Assembly: GCF_006345805.1 (NCBI RefSeq)
Contig: NC_042997.1
Coordinates: forward strand, 186,682,001-186,746,000
DNA: 64,000 nt
From: Octopus sinensis
Taxonomy: Eukaryota
Direction: 5' to 3'
Below the pieces are notes generated by a model. The model did not search any database, had not been told where the DNA came from, and was given only the letters and a program-made list of their open reading frames with translations. The number at the start of each line of letters is the position of its first letter. Position 1 is the stretch's first letter. Positions 49,331 through 62,225 of this stretch are shown piece by piece. The position numbers and the translations under genes are program-made.

Positions 49331-49884
49331 CATGCCAGCATGGGTAGCAGATGTTAAGTAATGATGATGATGATGACGACGACAATGACAACGTTAATAC
49401 CATCAGCTATAGATATATATAGATATATATAGATATATATACGCACACAAATTTGCTTGTGTACATAGTCCATGTGTTCAAAAGCTTTATCTGGACTACA
49501 CTTCCACTTTATTTATCAATTATAAAATTTGTTTAATAGTCCCACACCTATTTGGTCAGAGATAAGGAGCTGTTTTACTTCCTGTCCACTATTTAATGGA
49601 GGAGTATGATGCAAGAATCACACTTCCTTCTACCCACCTTGAAACATGCCAACATTTCACTCCTTGCTTTCCTCCATACACAGCATCATGGTTTTTTTCT
49701 TTCATGAATATAAGCACAGGCATGGCTGTGTGGTATGAAGCTTGCTTCTCAACAACATGGTTTCAAGTTCAGTCCCACTACATGGCACCTTGGGAAAGTG
49801 TCTTCTACTATAGCTTCAGGCAGGCCAAAAACCTTGGGAATGGATTTGGTAGACTGAAACTGAAAGAAGCCTGTCGTATATATA

Positions 49885-50097
49885 TATATATTAGAAGAAA
49901 TGAGGTAATCAGAAGATCAGATGGTTTGTATTTACAGATATTTATTTATTTATATATTACATTTTTTACATATATATCATATCACTTATGAACTAAATGA
50001 TATGATATATATGTAAAAAATGTAATATATAAATAAATAAATATCTGTAAATACAAACCATCCGATCTTCTGATTACCTCATTTCTTCTAATATATA
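49885..50097. repeat. Near-perfect palindrome: 100-bp arms, 13-bp spacer, one mismatch
   Basis: 49885-49984 is the reverse complement of 49998-50097 except GATCAG versus GATCGG. Confidence 0.95.
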
Positions 50098-51289
50098 ATA
50101 CCTGTACATCATCTCCAAACCTTCCAATACATCCACACATACTTACATACATACACCTATACACACACGCCTACACACCTACATACACACACATGCATAC
50201 ACACACACACACATGTACGCACATACACCACATATACGCACATACATAATAACCCACACACATGCACACACACACACACACATACGCACATGCATGCATG
50301 CATGCACACGCGCACACCTACACGCATACACACACACACACGCACGTACACATACATACATACACACACGCATACATACACCCATACACATACATGCATC
50401 CGACACACACACATACATACACACTCACACATACATACCACACACACACTCACTCCACACCTGTATGTACGCGCACACACATGCACATACACACACTTCC
50501 CCACACCCACACGTACATACATACACACTCACACACATACACACACACACACGGACATACATCTATGCACACACATACATACACACATACTCACATACAT
50601 TCATCGGACACACTGCCACCCAGACATACACACAGACACACTCACACATCCACACACATACATACTTACGCGCATACTCGCAGGCACGCGCACATACGCA
50701 CTTGCGCCGGCTCGCGCTGCATACGCGCCGCATACACCTCGCCCTTGGACCTGACGAGACCTCCCGCCCGTTCCTGGGACCGTCGCGTGTCGTTGGGTTT
50801 TCCCACGCCTGTCTCCGCGGTACCACTCTTCCATCTTCCCCTCAGCTGGAGTCCTTTTTCCTTAAACCCCCCCCCTTTTTCGTTACAACACACGCGCACA
50901 CATATACACACCTTGCCTATATATATACATCACTCTTACACACATTCAATCTACTCGCCATTAATACCACCACGACACAGGACACAACACAACCACTACT
51001 ACTCAACACACGCTGGCACGCTACATACGCCCCCACCCCTTCCCCTCCCTCCCTTCCTCCTTCCTTCTTTTTCTTACTACTGACCTCCCTTCCTCCTTCC
51101 TTCTTTTTCTTAGTACTGACCTCGTCTGCTAGCTGACCACTAGTCTCGCCCTACCTCACACGCCTCCACACAGACGCACACACTAACACACACATATTTT
51201 TTTGTTTTTTCATCTCGCCTCACACCACACACATACACACACGCACATGCACACACTCACACATACACACACATCGGTGGGTTACCAAC

Positions 51290-51570
51290 CTTGTCTCCAC
51301 TCTTTTGCCTTTAAAACCCACTTTGCTCTTGTTATCGTCAACATCCGCCGCCTTCACACCATGTGCAACTCGTAAACACAGTCGTCTTTTTCTCTTTCCC
51401 TGTTGCCCGCGCTGGGATCTTCTTTCCTCTCTCTTCCTTCTTTATGTTTCCGACGAAGAGCTCCGCTCGAAACGTCATACCTCCCTGCTTCCATCTCCTG
51501 AGCGCCTATAATAATAATACTGTAATTGTTCCTGTTGTTGTGTTTTTTTGTTTCCCTTTTGGATAAAATT
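51290..51570 (+). mobile_element. Penelope-type terminal repeat (family distinct from H1)
   Basis: Carries GACGAAGAGC...GCTCGAAACGT, the typical Penelope end motif. Confidence 0.6.
51446..51480 (+). ncRNA. Minimal type I hammerhead-like motif, CCGACGA core, GUC site
   Basis: GUUU CCGACGA A GAGC UCC GCUC GAAAC GUC AUAC; U4 to C change and one stem I mismatch. Confidence 0.5.
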
Positions 51571-51610
51571 ATATATATATAATATATATATATACATACA
51601 ATATATATAT

Positions 51611-51919
51611 ATAGGTGTCTACTCTTTGAACCCCCCTCTTCAATACGCTATTTCACCATGCATTACCCCTCTCTCGATATCCTACGTTCTACTTGCCTAG
51701 AACCTGTCCTCTGAACCACCCCTCCCACTGGTGCTCCCCTATATTTCTGCACCCCCCCACCACCATTATAGGTGTCTACTCTTGAGCCCCCCTCTTCAAT
51801 ACGCTATTTCACCATGCATTACCCCTCTCTCGATATCCTAACGTTCTACTTGCCTAGTACCTGTCCTCTGAACCACCCCTCCCACTGCTGCTCCCCTATA
51901 TTTCTGCACCCCCCCCCCC
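51611..51919. repeat. 157-bp direct tandem duplication
   Basis: ATAGGTGTCTACTC...TTTCTGCACCCCCCC starts at 51611 and at 51768. Confidence 0.9.
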
Positions 51920-52168
51920 ATAAAAAGCACCATCCGAACGTGGCCGATGCCAGACCCCTCTGGCACCTGTGCAGGTGGCACGTTAAAAACACCCACTACA
52001 CTCGCAGAGTGGTTGGCGTTAGGAAGGGCATCCAGCTGTAGAAACACTGCCAGACTAGACTGGAGCCTGGGGCAGTCCCGAGCTCCCCAGACCCCGGTCG
52101 AAACCGTCCAACCCGTGCTAGCGCGGAAAACGGACGTTAAATGATGATGATGATGATGATGATGATGA
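51920..52168 (+). mobile_element. SINE S1
   Basis: Core plus (GAT)n tail. Confidence 0.8.
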
Positions 52169-53504
52169 TATATATATATATATATGACTTTTTGTGTACC
52201 TGTCCTTTCTAAAACAGGCAGGTACAATTTGAGGGAATTTAGTTGTTATTTCTAGCAGGTCAGGCAATCAAATAGAGACTTCAATAGTTTGTTGTTATTG
52301 TTGTTACAATGGTTAAAATTATTGTTGTTGTTGTTTTTGTTTTACTTCAATTTGTATATTTGATCTTCGTATGATTTTTACTACCTAACATTTAAAATTC
52401 CAATTTAATCTGATTGAATGAATGCTTGCAAAGAATGAGGCAATAATTTTTTTCTTTTCAAGGTGGTCAAAAAAATAGACAGCTGCAAAAGATAGTAAAT
52501 AAAATAAAATACTAAAAAATTAAAATAAAATAAAATTAAAAAAAAAAAAAATTAAATTGAATTTTCTAAGGGATAAATTTTCAGTACAAAGGAAACCCAG
52601 GAGAAAGAATTACTGAAGATTTTACAAATTAATGTTTTCAAAGAAAAGTTTTAAGGACTCATTTTTTTTAATGCTTTATGGAGGGTGAGAACTATTTCAC
52701 AAATCACACACACACTCAACGAATAGACACTCACACATGCATATATGTGCACATATATATAGCGTTTCCCTTTTGTTATCTCAATTCCTTATCTTTTTGC
52801 TTCAACTTTCACACCAGCGAACAGATGAACAGAAAGATTAAGATTATTAGACAGAGACACAGAGAGAGAAAGAAATTAGTCAGGAAGGGAAGAAGGTAGT
52901 CGGAAGAATTGGCTAACAAACAATGAGAATCCAGAGTGTCTGGATGTTTCTCGCAGATGCAAGGTAATGTTAAATGAACAGACAAAATGAATAACCAAAT
53001 GAAAAAAATAAACAAATACATAATTAATAAGGTTTACTAGAAGTGATGATTAACTATTTAGTTTAGTAAAAAAACCTTTCTAATGACTGGTGTTGGCAAT
53101 ATTGATTTTTAGTATTTCTATTGGTTCAAAGCCATAAATATATCAGGAAGAAAAGGTTGACTGAATTGATTTCCAATATGTGTATGTGCATGTGTGTATG
53201 TTTGTGTGTGTGTGTGTGTGTGTTTGTGTGCGTGTGTGTGTGCATGCATGTGTGTGTATGTTTTGTGTGCATGTGTGTGAGTGTGTAACCATTCCAAGCT
53301 GATAGAACATCAGTCAATTCATAACCATTATGTTCCCAGGTTCCTTTGGACATCTTTTGTACCATGTTAGATAAAATGTTTCTAAATATCTAAAGAAATT
53401 CCATCCCTAGTCAAAGCTATCAAATGCTAGTTATACTAGGGCCACTAAGCTGAAGGTACCAATGTCACCTACCTTGCTTTTCATGTCCAGGACTACTGAC
53501 TTAC

Positions 53505-53618
53505 TATCAAAATCTAGAAAAATGTGCTTATCGCTAGATCCAAGCCTTTCCAAAACAGCCGTGCCACACCACTTGATCACAGATGATTGAAAGATGTAAA
53601 AAAAATTCTTGTTATTGG
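53505..53618 (-). CDS. Candidate internal exon (114 nt, phase 1-1): xNNKNFFYIFQSSVIKWCGTAVLERLGSSDKHIFLDFD, CUB-like
   Basis: Acceptor TTCTTTGTTTTCTTTCCAG|, donor ATA|GTAAGT; only one frame is open. KWCG-x8-SS-x3-IFLxF fits the CUB pattern (K/R)FCG-x8-SS-x3-(M/L)(F/Y)LxF by eye. Confidence 0.5.
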
Positions 53619-53662
53619 CTGGAAAGAAAACAAAGAATGCATCTACAAAATTCTAGTCTCAC

Positions 53663-53790
53663 TGATGTCTACCCAATCTAGAAGTGACCTGATGTCATTA
53701 AAAAAGTATCCCTGTATCCAAACCGACCCCAAGCCACATACAGTTATACCACTTATTCTTAGCTTGGCCATCTCAGAAGGAACAGAGGAA
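53663..53790 (-). CDS. Candidate exon (128 nt, phase 2 to 1): SSVPSEMAKLRISGITVCGLGSVWIQGYFFNDIRSLLDWVDI
   Basis: Very strong acceptor TTTCATTTTTTTTCTTTTAG| and donor TCA|GTGAGA; joining it to the next exon needs a 44-nt intron. Confidence 0.3.
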
Positions 53791-54042
53791 CTAAAAGAAA
53801 AAAAATGAAAAAGTGTACATTTATTTAGATATATTTTCTGAATAATTTATATATTTCTGTCTTTTGGGTGATGGACTGTACCATCAAAATGTACCAAAAT
53901 CACACTGATTTCTGAGTGAGTGCTGATGAAAGGATTTCACATGTTCACAACCATTTATTTTTAGGAGCTTTGTCTTTCTTTGTTTCATTTTTTATATCTT
54001 ACTCCACTACGCAAACTTTTTCCACCCACACACACAAACACC

Positions 54043-54083
<41 letters not shown>

Positions 54084-54180
54084 TGCATATGCTAATGTAA
54101 TGGTTATTACCTAGCAAGATGACATAATCACCAGGTATATATCATCATCCTCATTATCAATTAACATCTGTTTTCCATAC

Positions 54181-54428
54181 TGTGGAGGCACGTGGCTTAG
54201 TGGTAAGGGTGTCAGCATCATTATCATAAGATTGTGGTTTCGATTCCTGGACCGGGCGATGCGTTGTGTTCTTGAGCGAAACACTTCCTTTCACGTTGCT
54301 CCAGTCCACTCAGCTGGCGAAAATGAGTAACACTGCGATGGACTGGTGTCCCATCCAGCTGGGGAACACATACACCATTGAAACTGGGAAACCTGGCTCA
54401 TGAGCCTAGCTAGGCTTTAAAAGGGTAC
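54181..54428 (+). mobile_element. tRNA-headed SINE S4
   Basis: As for the 24453-24717 copy. Confidence 0.85.
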
Positions 54429-54677
54429 ATTTATATTTATTTTATCCGTTTTCCATACTGGCACAAGTTTGACGATTTCACAGGAACTGACAAGCCAAAG
54501 AACTGCACCATTTTCAGCTTTGGCATGGTTCTATGGCTAGATGCCCACCCTAATACTCAACTACTTTACAAAATTATGTGCGAAGGAGAGAAATGGAAGA
54601 AGCAGTTACACACTACATAGATTTCTGAAGCAGAAAAAAATCCATGTCATGAGTTATTTAAACAACTTCATAATTAA

Positions 54678-55067
54678 CTAGCAGTATCACCCGGCATTGC
54701 TCGGGTTTGTTTCGACCCTTTAGAATTGGAATTTTTGAAAAGTAAAAATTTTGCATTATGTAGCTTGTTATTCTCTTTAAGCGAACATATTTCTGGTTGA
54801 AATACACCGAAAAATGTCGATACAGCAGTCAAAAAAATCGTAAAAAATAAGGATTTTCATAGAAAAAAAGCACCTTTTTGATGTAAATAATTTTTGGTGT
54901 TAACATGGTTTGATTTGAATTTTTTCTTCAACGGAAGGAAGAGCAAGTCTTCTATCATACTCTCAATTTTGGTCAACTTGCACCGCAGGGTCTCGGAGGA
55001 GATAGTATTAGTTGAAGGCTACCAAACCAGCCATACACAGACAACTTCAGTTTTATATATAGAGAGA
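54678..55067 (-). mobile_element. Non-autonomous Helitron (390 bp)
   Basis: Minus strand A|TC...CCCGAGCAATGCCGGG hairpin...CTAG|T: canonical termini, inserted between A and T, no TSD. Confidence 0.85.
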
Positions 55068-55322
55068 TCATGAAGTCCACCTCTTCACATACTTATCACA
55101 TATTTGGCAATGTAAGTTAGTGTTAATTTAAAGTTGTGTGGTATTTGACATCTTATCAGGATTACATTTTTAATTTTTGATATGGGACAATGTGTATTTG
55201 GTATATTGATTAATAAATTTTTATTGAACAATTGTTGTTTCTTCTGTGTGTTCTGTACAAGCCTTCATATAAGCTAGGTGCTAATTAGCTGGTAATTACT
55301 ATCCACAGAGCCTTCTTTTACT

Positions 55323-55355
<33 letters not shown>

Positions 55356-55377
55356 GTTATATCATATTATATAATGG

Positions 55378-55770
55378 ACGCAGGAGTGGCTGTGTGGTAA
55401 GTAGCTTGCTTACCAACCACATGGTTCCAGGTTCATTCGCACTGCGTGGCACTTTAGGCAAGTGTCTTCCACTATAGCCACGGGCCAACCAAAGCCTTGA
55501 GAGTGGATTTGGTAGACGGAAACTAAAAGAAGCCTGTCATATGTGTGTGTGTGTGTATGTATATGTTTGTGTGTCTGTGTTTGTCCCCCCAACATCGCTT
55601 AACAACTGATGCTGGTGTGTTTACGTCCCCATAACTTAGCAGTTCGACAAAAAGGGACCGATAGAATAAGTACTAGGCTTCCAAAGAATAAGTCCTGGCA
55701 TCAATTTGCTCGACTAAAGGCGGTGCTTCAGCATGGCCACAGTCAAATAACTGAAACAAGTAAAAGAGTA
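55378..55770 (+). mobile_element. SINE S2, full length
   Basis: As for the 27669-28074 copy. Confidence 0.85.
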
Positions 55771-55796
55771 TACATATATATGTGTGTGTGTGTGTC

Positions 55797-55845
<49 letters not shown>

Positions 55846-55954
55846 AAGATACAATATACACCTTATATGTGAAAAAAATCCAAATAATTCATTTCAAAGA
55901 AATGATTTACTCTATCACTACTCTGAGTTTCTTGTGCGCATGCATTCATTCAGG

Positions 55955-56006
<52 letters not shown>

Positions 56007-57382
56007 ACACACACACATTCATACTCACACACAGAGGCAGACATACATACATACATACATACATACATACATACATACATACATACATACATACATACAT
56101 ACATGCACACACACCTCTTTATAAAATATTCATGATGTAAAAAAATACCTACCTCTTCAGACAAAAAAAAAAAAAATTTCAGCCATACATCTTCATATTT
56201 TATCTTTTTCTATATTTAATTATATATATTTTTAAAACCCTATTACCATTTTCAACTAGAATTTTCATCAATTTTTACTTTAGGAAGAGGTGGTTTGGAG
56301 AGATGCCAGCTAAATCTATAATGTTTTGTGTTTTTATATTACACTTTTTCTCATTTCATTTATTTTATTTATTTATTTAATTTTATTTATTTATCTCTTC
56401 TTTTTTTTAATCTACAAAATATTTGGGGGCGGTAAATTTTAAGTAAGATATTTTCCTTTTTGTTTTAATCTTGTTTCCTTGAGCTTGAATCCTTTCTGAC
56501 ATGAGCACACACATACATACACACACATACACACTCACACACAGAGACACACACACTCACTCATATACACATATACACTCGTACACATCCATAGATATAC
56601 ACATAATTGCTCTCTGCAATATTCTAATACGTAAGTACATCAAGTCCTTTTACATCTTTATTTATGTTAATTTTTTAACACAACCACATACACACATATA
56701 TATATATTACACACAGATGTATATACACACATATGCATACATACACAGACACATACACATGCACCACACATATATATATATATATAATATATATATAATA
56801 TATATACTATATGTATGTATATACACATATATATGAACATATATACATACATGTATATATATATATGAATATGTATACATACATACACACATATAGATAT
56901 GTACACACAGATACACACACATACACACAAGTAAGACGGACATTAAGAATGTGTAAGTGTTTATATTCTAATTGCTACTGTAATTTCTGTTAATCAAAGA
57001 CTTTTCCCTTGCTATATTGCATATTTGAATCACTGCCATATACTCTTTTACTTGTTTCAGTCATTTGACTGTGGCCATGCTCGAGCACCACCTTTAGTTG
57101 AGCAAATCTACCCCAGGACTTATTCTTTGTAAGCCTAGTACTTATTCTATCGGTTCCTTTTGCCGAAGCGCAAAGTTACAGGGACGTAAACACACCAGCA
57201 TTAGTTGTCAAGAGATGTTGGGGGGACAAACACTGACACACAAACACACACGCACATATATACATATACATATATACGAAGGGCTTCTTTCAGTATCCAT
57301 CTACCAAATCCACTCACAAGGCTTTGGTGACTGGCACTCATCATGATGATGATGATGGCGACAATGATGATGATAATGACAG

Positions 57383-57423
<41 letters not shown>

Positions 57424-58717
57424 TTGACGATGATGATGATATGATGATGTTGATGATGATGATGAAGATGATGATGATGATGATGATAATGATGAGGAAG
57501 ATGACTGATGACATTGATGATGATGATGATGAGGATGATGATGAGGAGGAGGAGGAGGAAGTTTGTCTGGGTGATGATAACAATCGAATGTTGGGCCACA
57601 CAGAGATAATGTGACTAATGTTGGTTTTGCATAAGTAGCACCCATGCTAGTGGCACGTAGGAACCACTTTCAATTGTTGGGGCTCACAAAGGCAATGCCA
57701 AATACTGAGACCTTTTGGCAGCATGCTATGTTTGAGTAGAAGAATCATCAAGCCAAGTGAAATTATAGTCATGGCAGATACTGGTGCCAGTGGCATGTAC
57801 AAGCACCCATTACGCTCTCAGTGTGGTTGGCGTTAGGAAGGGCATCCAGCTGCGGAAACCATACCCAATCAACTGGAGCCTGGTGCAGCCCCTCAGCTTG
57901 CCAGCCCTGGTCAAACTGTCCAACCCATGCCAGCATGGACGATGGACGTTAAACATTGATGATTTGAAGATGGGTCAGCTTGATCCTCATCTTAAACTGT
58001 CAAAATAACCCTCGTAAGACCAAAGTTTTGCAGTAAAATTAAATACTTATAAATACAACACTGTATATTTATTTATTCATTCATTAAGAAATTAATTAAT
58101 GCATCAAAATAGAATGAAAATTTTTAAATAAATGTTCAATATGAGAATGCTATTAAAAATGGAAATGGGATATTGAAAATAGCAACCAGATACAATTATG
58201 ATGTGAGCAATCAGAATTAACCAATATTATAATTATTCGGCTAGAAATTAAGAGAATTTTATAACATTAACAGTTTACTATTTTGCAATAAAGTGCCAAT
58301 TACTATTTTTAGAAAACTTCCCTTTTTTTATTGTTGTTCATAATGTTTTTAATATTTATTATTTTTTAGATTAGGGAGATTTCATATATTTTTCTAAATT
58401 TTAAAATTTTCTTTGGTTGATAAATTTTCTCAGACTATATTTTTTTTTTTTTTTTTAAAATTAAGTGTATTAATGTATAGTTATAAAGACAAAATAATGT
58501 TGATAATTTGTTATTACATTTAATTTATTATTATTTTTTTTTTGTCTCCCTTGTGTCTTGAGTTACCTGATGCAGAAATGTATTACAAATTAAACTTCAA
58601 TTGCCTTTATGTGAAATGCTCAAGAGAAGAAACAACTCGGACAGCAAGAGTATTGATGATGATGATGGTGGTGATGATGACAATGATAATGATAATGATC
58701 ATGATGATGACGACAAC

Positions 58718-58750
<33 letters not shown>

Positions 58751-59232
58751 AACGATGATGATGATGATGATTATGACTTTGATGACGTCAAAAGATGGCA
58801 ATGATGATGAAGAGGAGGAGGGAGGAGAGAGGAGAGAGAGAGGAAGGGAGGAGGAGGAAGTTTGTCAGGGTGATGATAACAATGATGATGATGAGGTGAA
58901 ATATAACAATGATGCTTTCTTTTGATTTTATTTTTTTTATTTTTTTTATTTTATAGAATAACTCCACTAATAACAGCAACTGTTTGTAATATAAACTCAA
59001 AGACAGAGATAATTGAGAAGGGGAATGGTTGATTTTATTAACCCCAGAAGTTAACTGGTACCCTGTTTTATAGACTCCGGAGGCATAACAAGTAAGGTTG
59101 GCTTCAGTGAGATTTGAACTCGGAATGTAAATACAGCAAAATATTCTGTCAGTTGCTCAAATCATTCTGCAACTCCAAATAGTAAATATAATTTCTTTGT
59201 TTGCCATAAGGAGGATGGATGATGGAATATTC

Positions 59233-60083
59233 ATCATCATCATCATCATCGTTTAGCATCCGTTTTCCATGCTAGCATGGGTTGGACGGGTCAACTGGGG
59301 TCTGTGAAGCTGGAAGGCTTCGTCAGGCCCAGTCAGATCTGGCAGTGTTTCTACGGCTGGATGCCCTTCCTAACGCCAACCACTCCGCGAGTGTAGTGGG
59401 TGTTTTTTACGTACCACCTGCACAGGTGCCAGACAGAGCTGGCGAACGGCCACGAACGGATGGTGCTTTTACGTGTCACCGGCACGGGGCCAGGCGATGC
59501 TGGCAACGGACACGAACGGATGGTGCTTTTACGTGCCACCGACACGGGGCCAGACAGAGCTGGCAACCGGCCACAAACGGACGGTGCTTTTACGTGTCAC
59601 CGGCACGGGGGCCAGCCGAGGCTGGCAACGGACACGGACGGATGGTGCTTTTACGTGCCACCGACACGGGGCCAGACAGAGCTGGCAAACGGCCATGAAC
59701 GGATGGTGCTTTTACGTGTCACCGGCACGGGGGCCAGCCGAGGCTGGCAACGGACACGGATGGATGGTGCTTTTACGTGCCACCGACACCGGGCCAGACA
59801 GAGCTGGCAAATGGCCACGAACGGATGGTGCTTTTACGTGCCACCGACACGGGGCCAGACAGAGCTGGCCAACGGCCACGAACGGACGGTGCTTTTATTT
59901 TGTCACCGGCACAGGGCCAGGCGAGGCTGGCAACGAACACGAACGGATGGTGCTTTTACGTGCCACGACACGGGGCCAGGCAGAGCTGGCAACGGCCATG
60001 AGCGAATGGTGCTTTTATGTATCACCGGCACGGGTGCCAGACGAGGCTGACAGCGGACACGAACAGATGGGTCACTTAACCCC
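59233..60083 (-). mobile_element. SINE S1 with an 11-unit ~61-bp GC-rich internal array (59399-60069)
   Basis: Units begin GGTGCTTTTACGTG; two variants alternate. Confidence 0.9.
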
Positions 60084-60247
60084 TGCTTTCTGATATATGA
60101 TTTGATTTTGATTGTTCTCACTGGTCTTGCCGGGTCTTCTCATGCACAGCATACTTCCATAGGAATATTATGAAAACAAATTAATTAATTGGGGATGGGT
60201 GGAGGTTATGCAGCATCAACTATGAAAAAAAAAGCAAATATGCAAAG

Positions 60248-60294
<47 letters not shown>

Positions 60295-60607
60295 TAATAA
60301 TAATCCTTTCTACTATAGGCACAAAGCCTGAAATTTTGGGAGTAGGGAGCCAGTCGATTAGATCAATTCCAGTATGCAACTGGTACTTAATTTATCGACC
60401 CTGAAAGGATGAAAGGCGAAGGTGACCTCGGTGGAAATTGAACTCAGAATGTAGAGACGGGCAAAATATGGTTAAGCATTTCATCCAGCATAATTTGAAC
60501 TCAGAACACACTGGCAGACGAAATACAACTAAGTATTTCATCCACCATGGTAATGATTTTGCCTTAATAATAATGATGATGATGATAATAATAATAATAA
60601 TAATAAT

Positions 60608-60864
60608 GGAAACATCCTTAAACAACCCTTATTCAGGGACTTTTCGAGCAAGATGAGCTACTCGACCAGAAGAAAATTCTAACTGAGCCCCACCTGCAAG
60701 GTCATGTGCTGTTTATCTTGATATGAGATCACCATATCGCGCATATATGGTTGTGATGCATGTGCCTATTGTACCCTTAACAGACAGGTAGTCATGATGG
60801 ATATACTAGGCTTCGTATATCTTACCCAAGTGTCACTTTGATGGCATGCACTGCTCTCTCACTC
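60608..60864 (+). mobile_element. LINE 3'UTR-like segment ending GTGTCACTTTGATGGCATGCACT..CACTC(AAT)n
   Basis: Shares its last ~45 nt with 60910-61405; (AAT)n on both sides. Confidence 0.55.
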
Positions 60865-60909
60865 AATAATAATAACAATAATAATAACAACAATAATAAT
60901 AATAACAAT

Positions 60910-61405
60910 GATTTAAACCACATGGCATATTACCAGCCAGTGTACACCACTAGCCCAGAAGGAATATAAGAGACACCACAACAATATAGCCAGGTTTGTC
61001 CATTGGACACTTTGCAACATGTTTGGATTTGACAGAGCAAAAGATTGGTATGACCACAAACCTGAAGGCATCATCGAAAATGAAAATGCAAAGATCCTGT
61101 GGGATTTTATGATTCATTGTGACCATGAGATAGAGAATAGGAAGCCGGACATAGTCTTAATTGAAAAAGAAAACAAACTATGCTGGATCATAGATATAGT
61201 ATGCCCAGCTGACAACATGGTATGCGATAAGGAAGAAAAATCGATAGATATGACAGGTTAGCTTTAGAAGTTAAGCAGTTGTGGTCGATGAAAAAGGTAG
61301 CAGTAATACCAATAATTGTCGGAGCCCTGGGAACAGTGAGCAAAAGTCTCGAGAAGTATGTTTTACCCCAGTGTCACTTTGATGGCATGCACTCCCCTTT
61401 CACTC
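60910..61405 (+). mobile_element. R4/Dong-like LINE fragment (zinc-knuckle end plus restriction-like endonuclease)
   Basis: HITSQCTPLAQKEYKRHHN...ILWDF...RKPDIV...CWIIDIVCP...VGALG: the RLE PD..D signature. Confidence 0.85.
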
Positions 61406-61422
61406 AATAATAATAATAATAA

Positions 61423-61485
<63 letters not shown>

Positions 61486-61885
61486 TTGATAATAATAATA
61501 ATAATAAAATAATAATCCTTTCTACTGTAGGCACAAGGGGATAATCAATTACAATGATTCCAGTGTTTCACTGGTACTCAATTCAACAACCCCGAAAGGA
61601 TGAAAAGCAAAGTTGACTTCAGCAGAATTTGAACTCAGATGGTAGCAATGGGCGAAATACTGCTAAGCATTTTGCCCAGTGTGTCTACAATTCAGCCAGC
61701 TCACCACCTTTAATCCTATCTGCTATAGACACAAGGCCTGAAATTTGGGGGGGAACGTAGGGAAGGATTAGTTGATTATCCCAACTGGTACTTCTTTTAT
61801 CAACAATCCTGAAAGGTTGAATGGTAAACTCAACCTCGGCAGCATTTGATCTCAGAACATAAAAAACAGACAAAATGCTACTAAT

Positions 61886-61935
61886 GTGATGATGATGATG
61901 ATGATGATGATGGTGATGATGATGGTGATGATGAC

Positions 61936-61967
<32 letters not shown>

Positions 61968-62002
61968 CAATAATAATGATGATGATAATGATGATGATGA
62001 TG

Positions 62003-62038
<36 letters not shown>

Positions 62039-62059
62039 GTTATAATACTAATAATAATA

Positions 62060-62090
<31 letters not shown>

Positions 62091-62146
62091 TAGTAATAGT
62101 AATAATAATAATAATAATAATAGTAATAGTAATAGTAATAATAATA

Positions 62147-62186
<40 letters not shown>

Positions 62187-62225
62187 TATAATAATAATAA
62201 TAATAATAACAACAACAACAATAAT
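61886..62225. repeat. (GAT)n/(AAT)n microsatellite
   Basis: Read directly. Confidence 0.95.
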
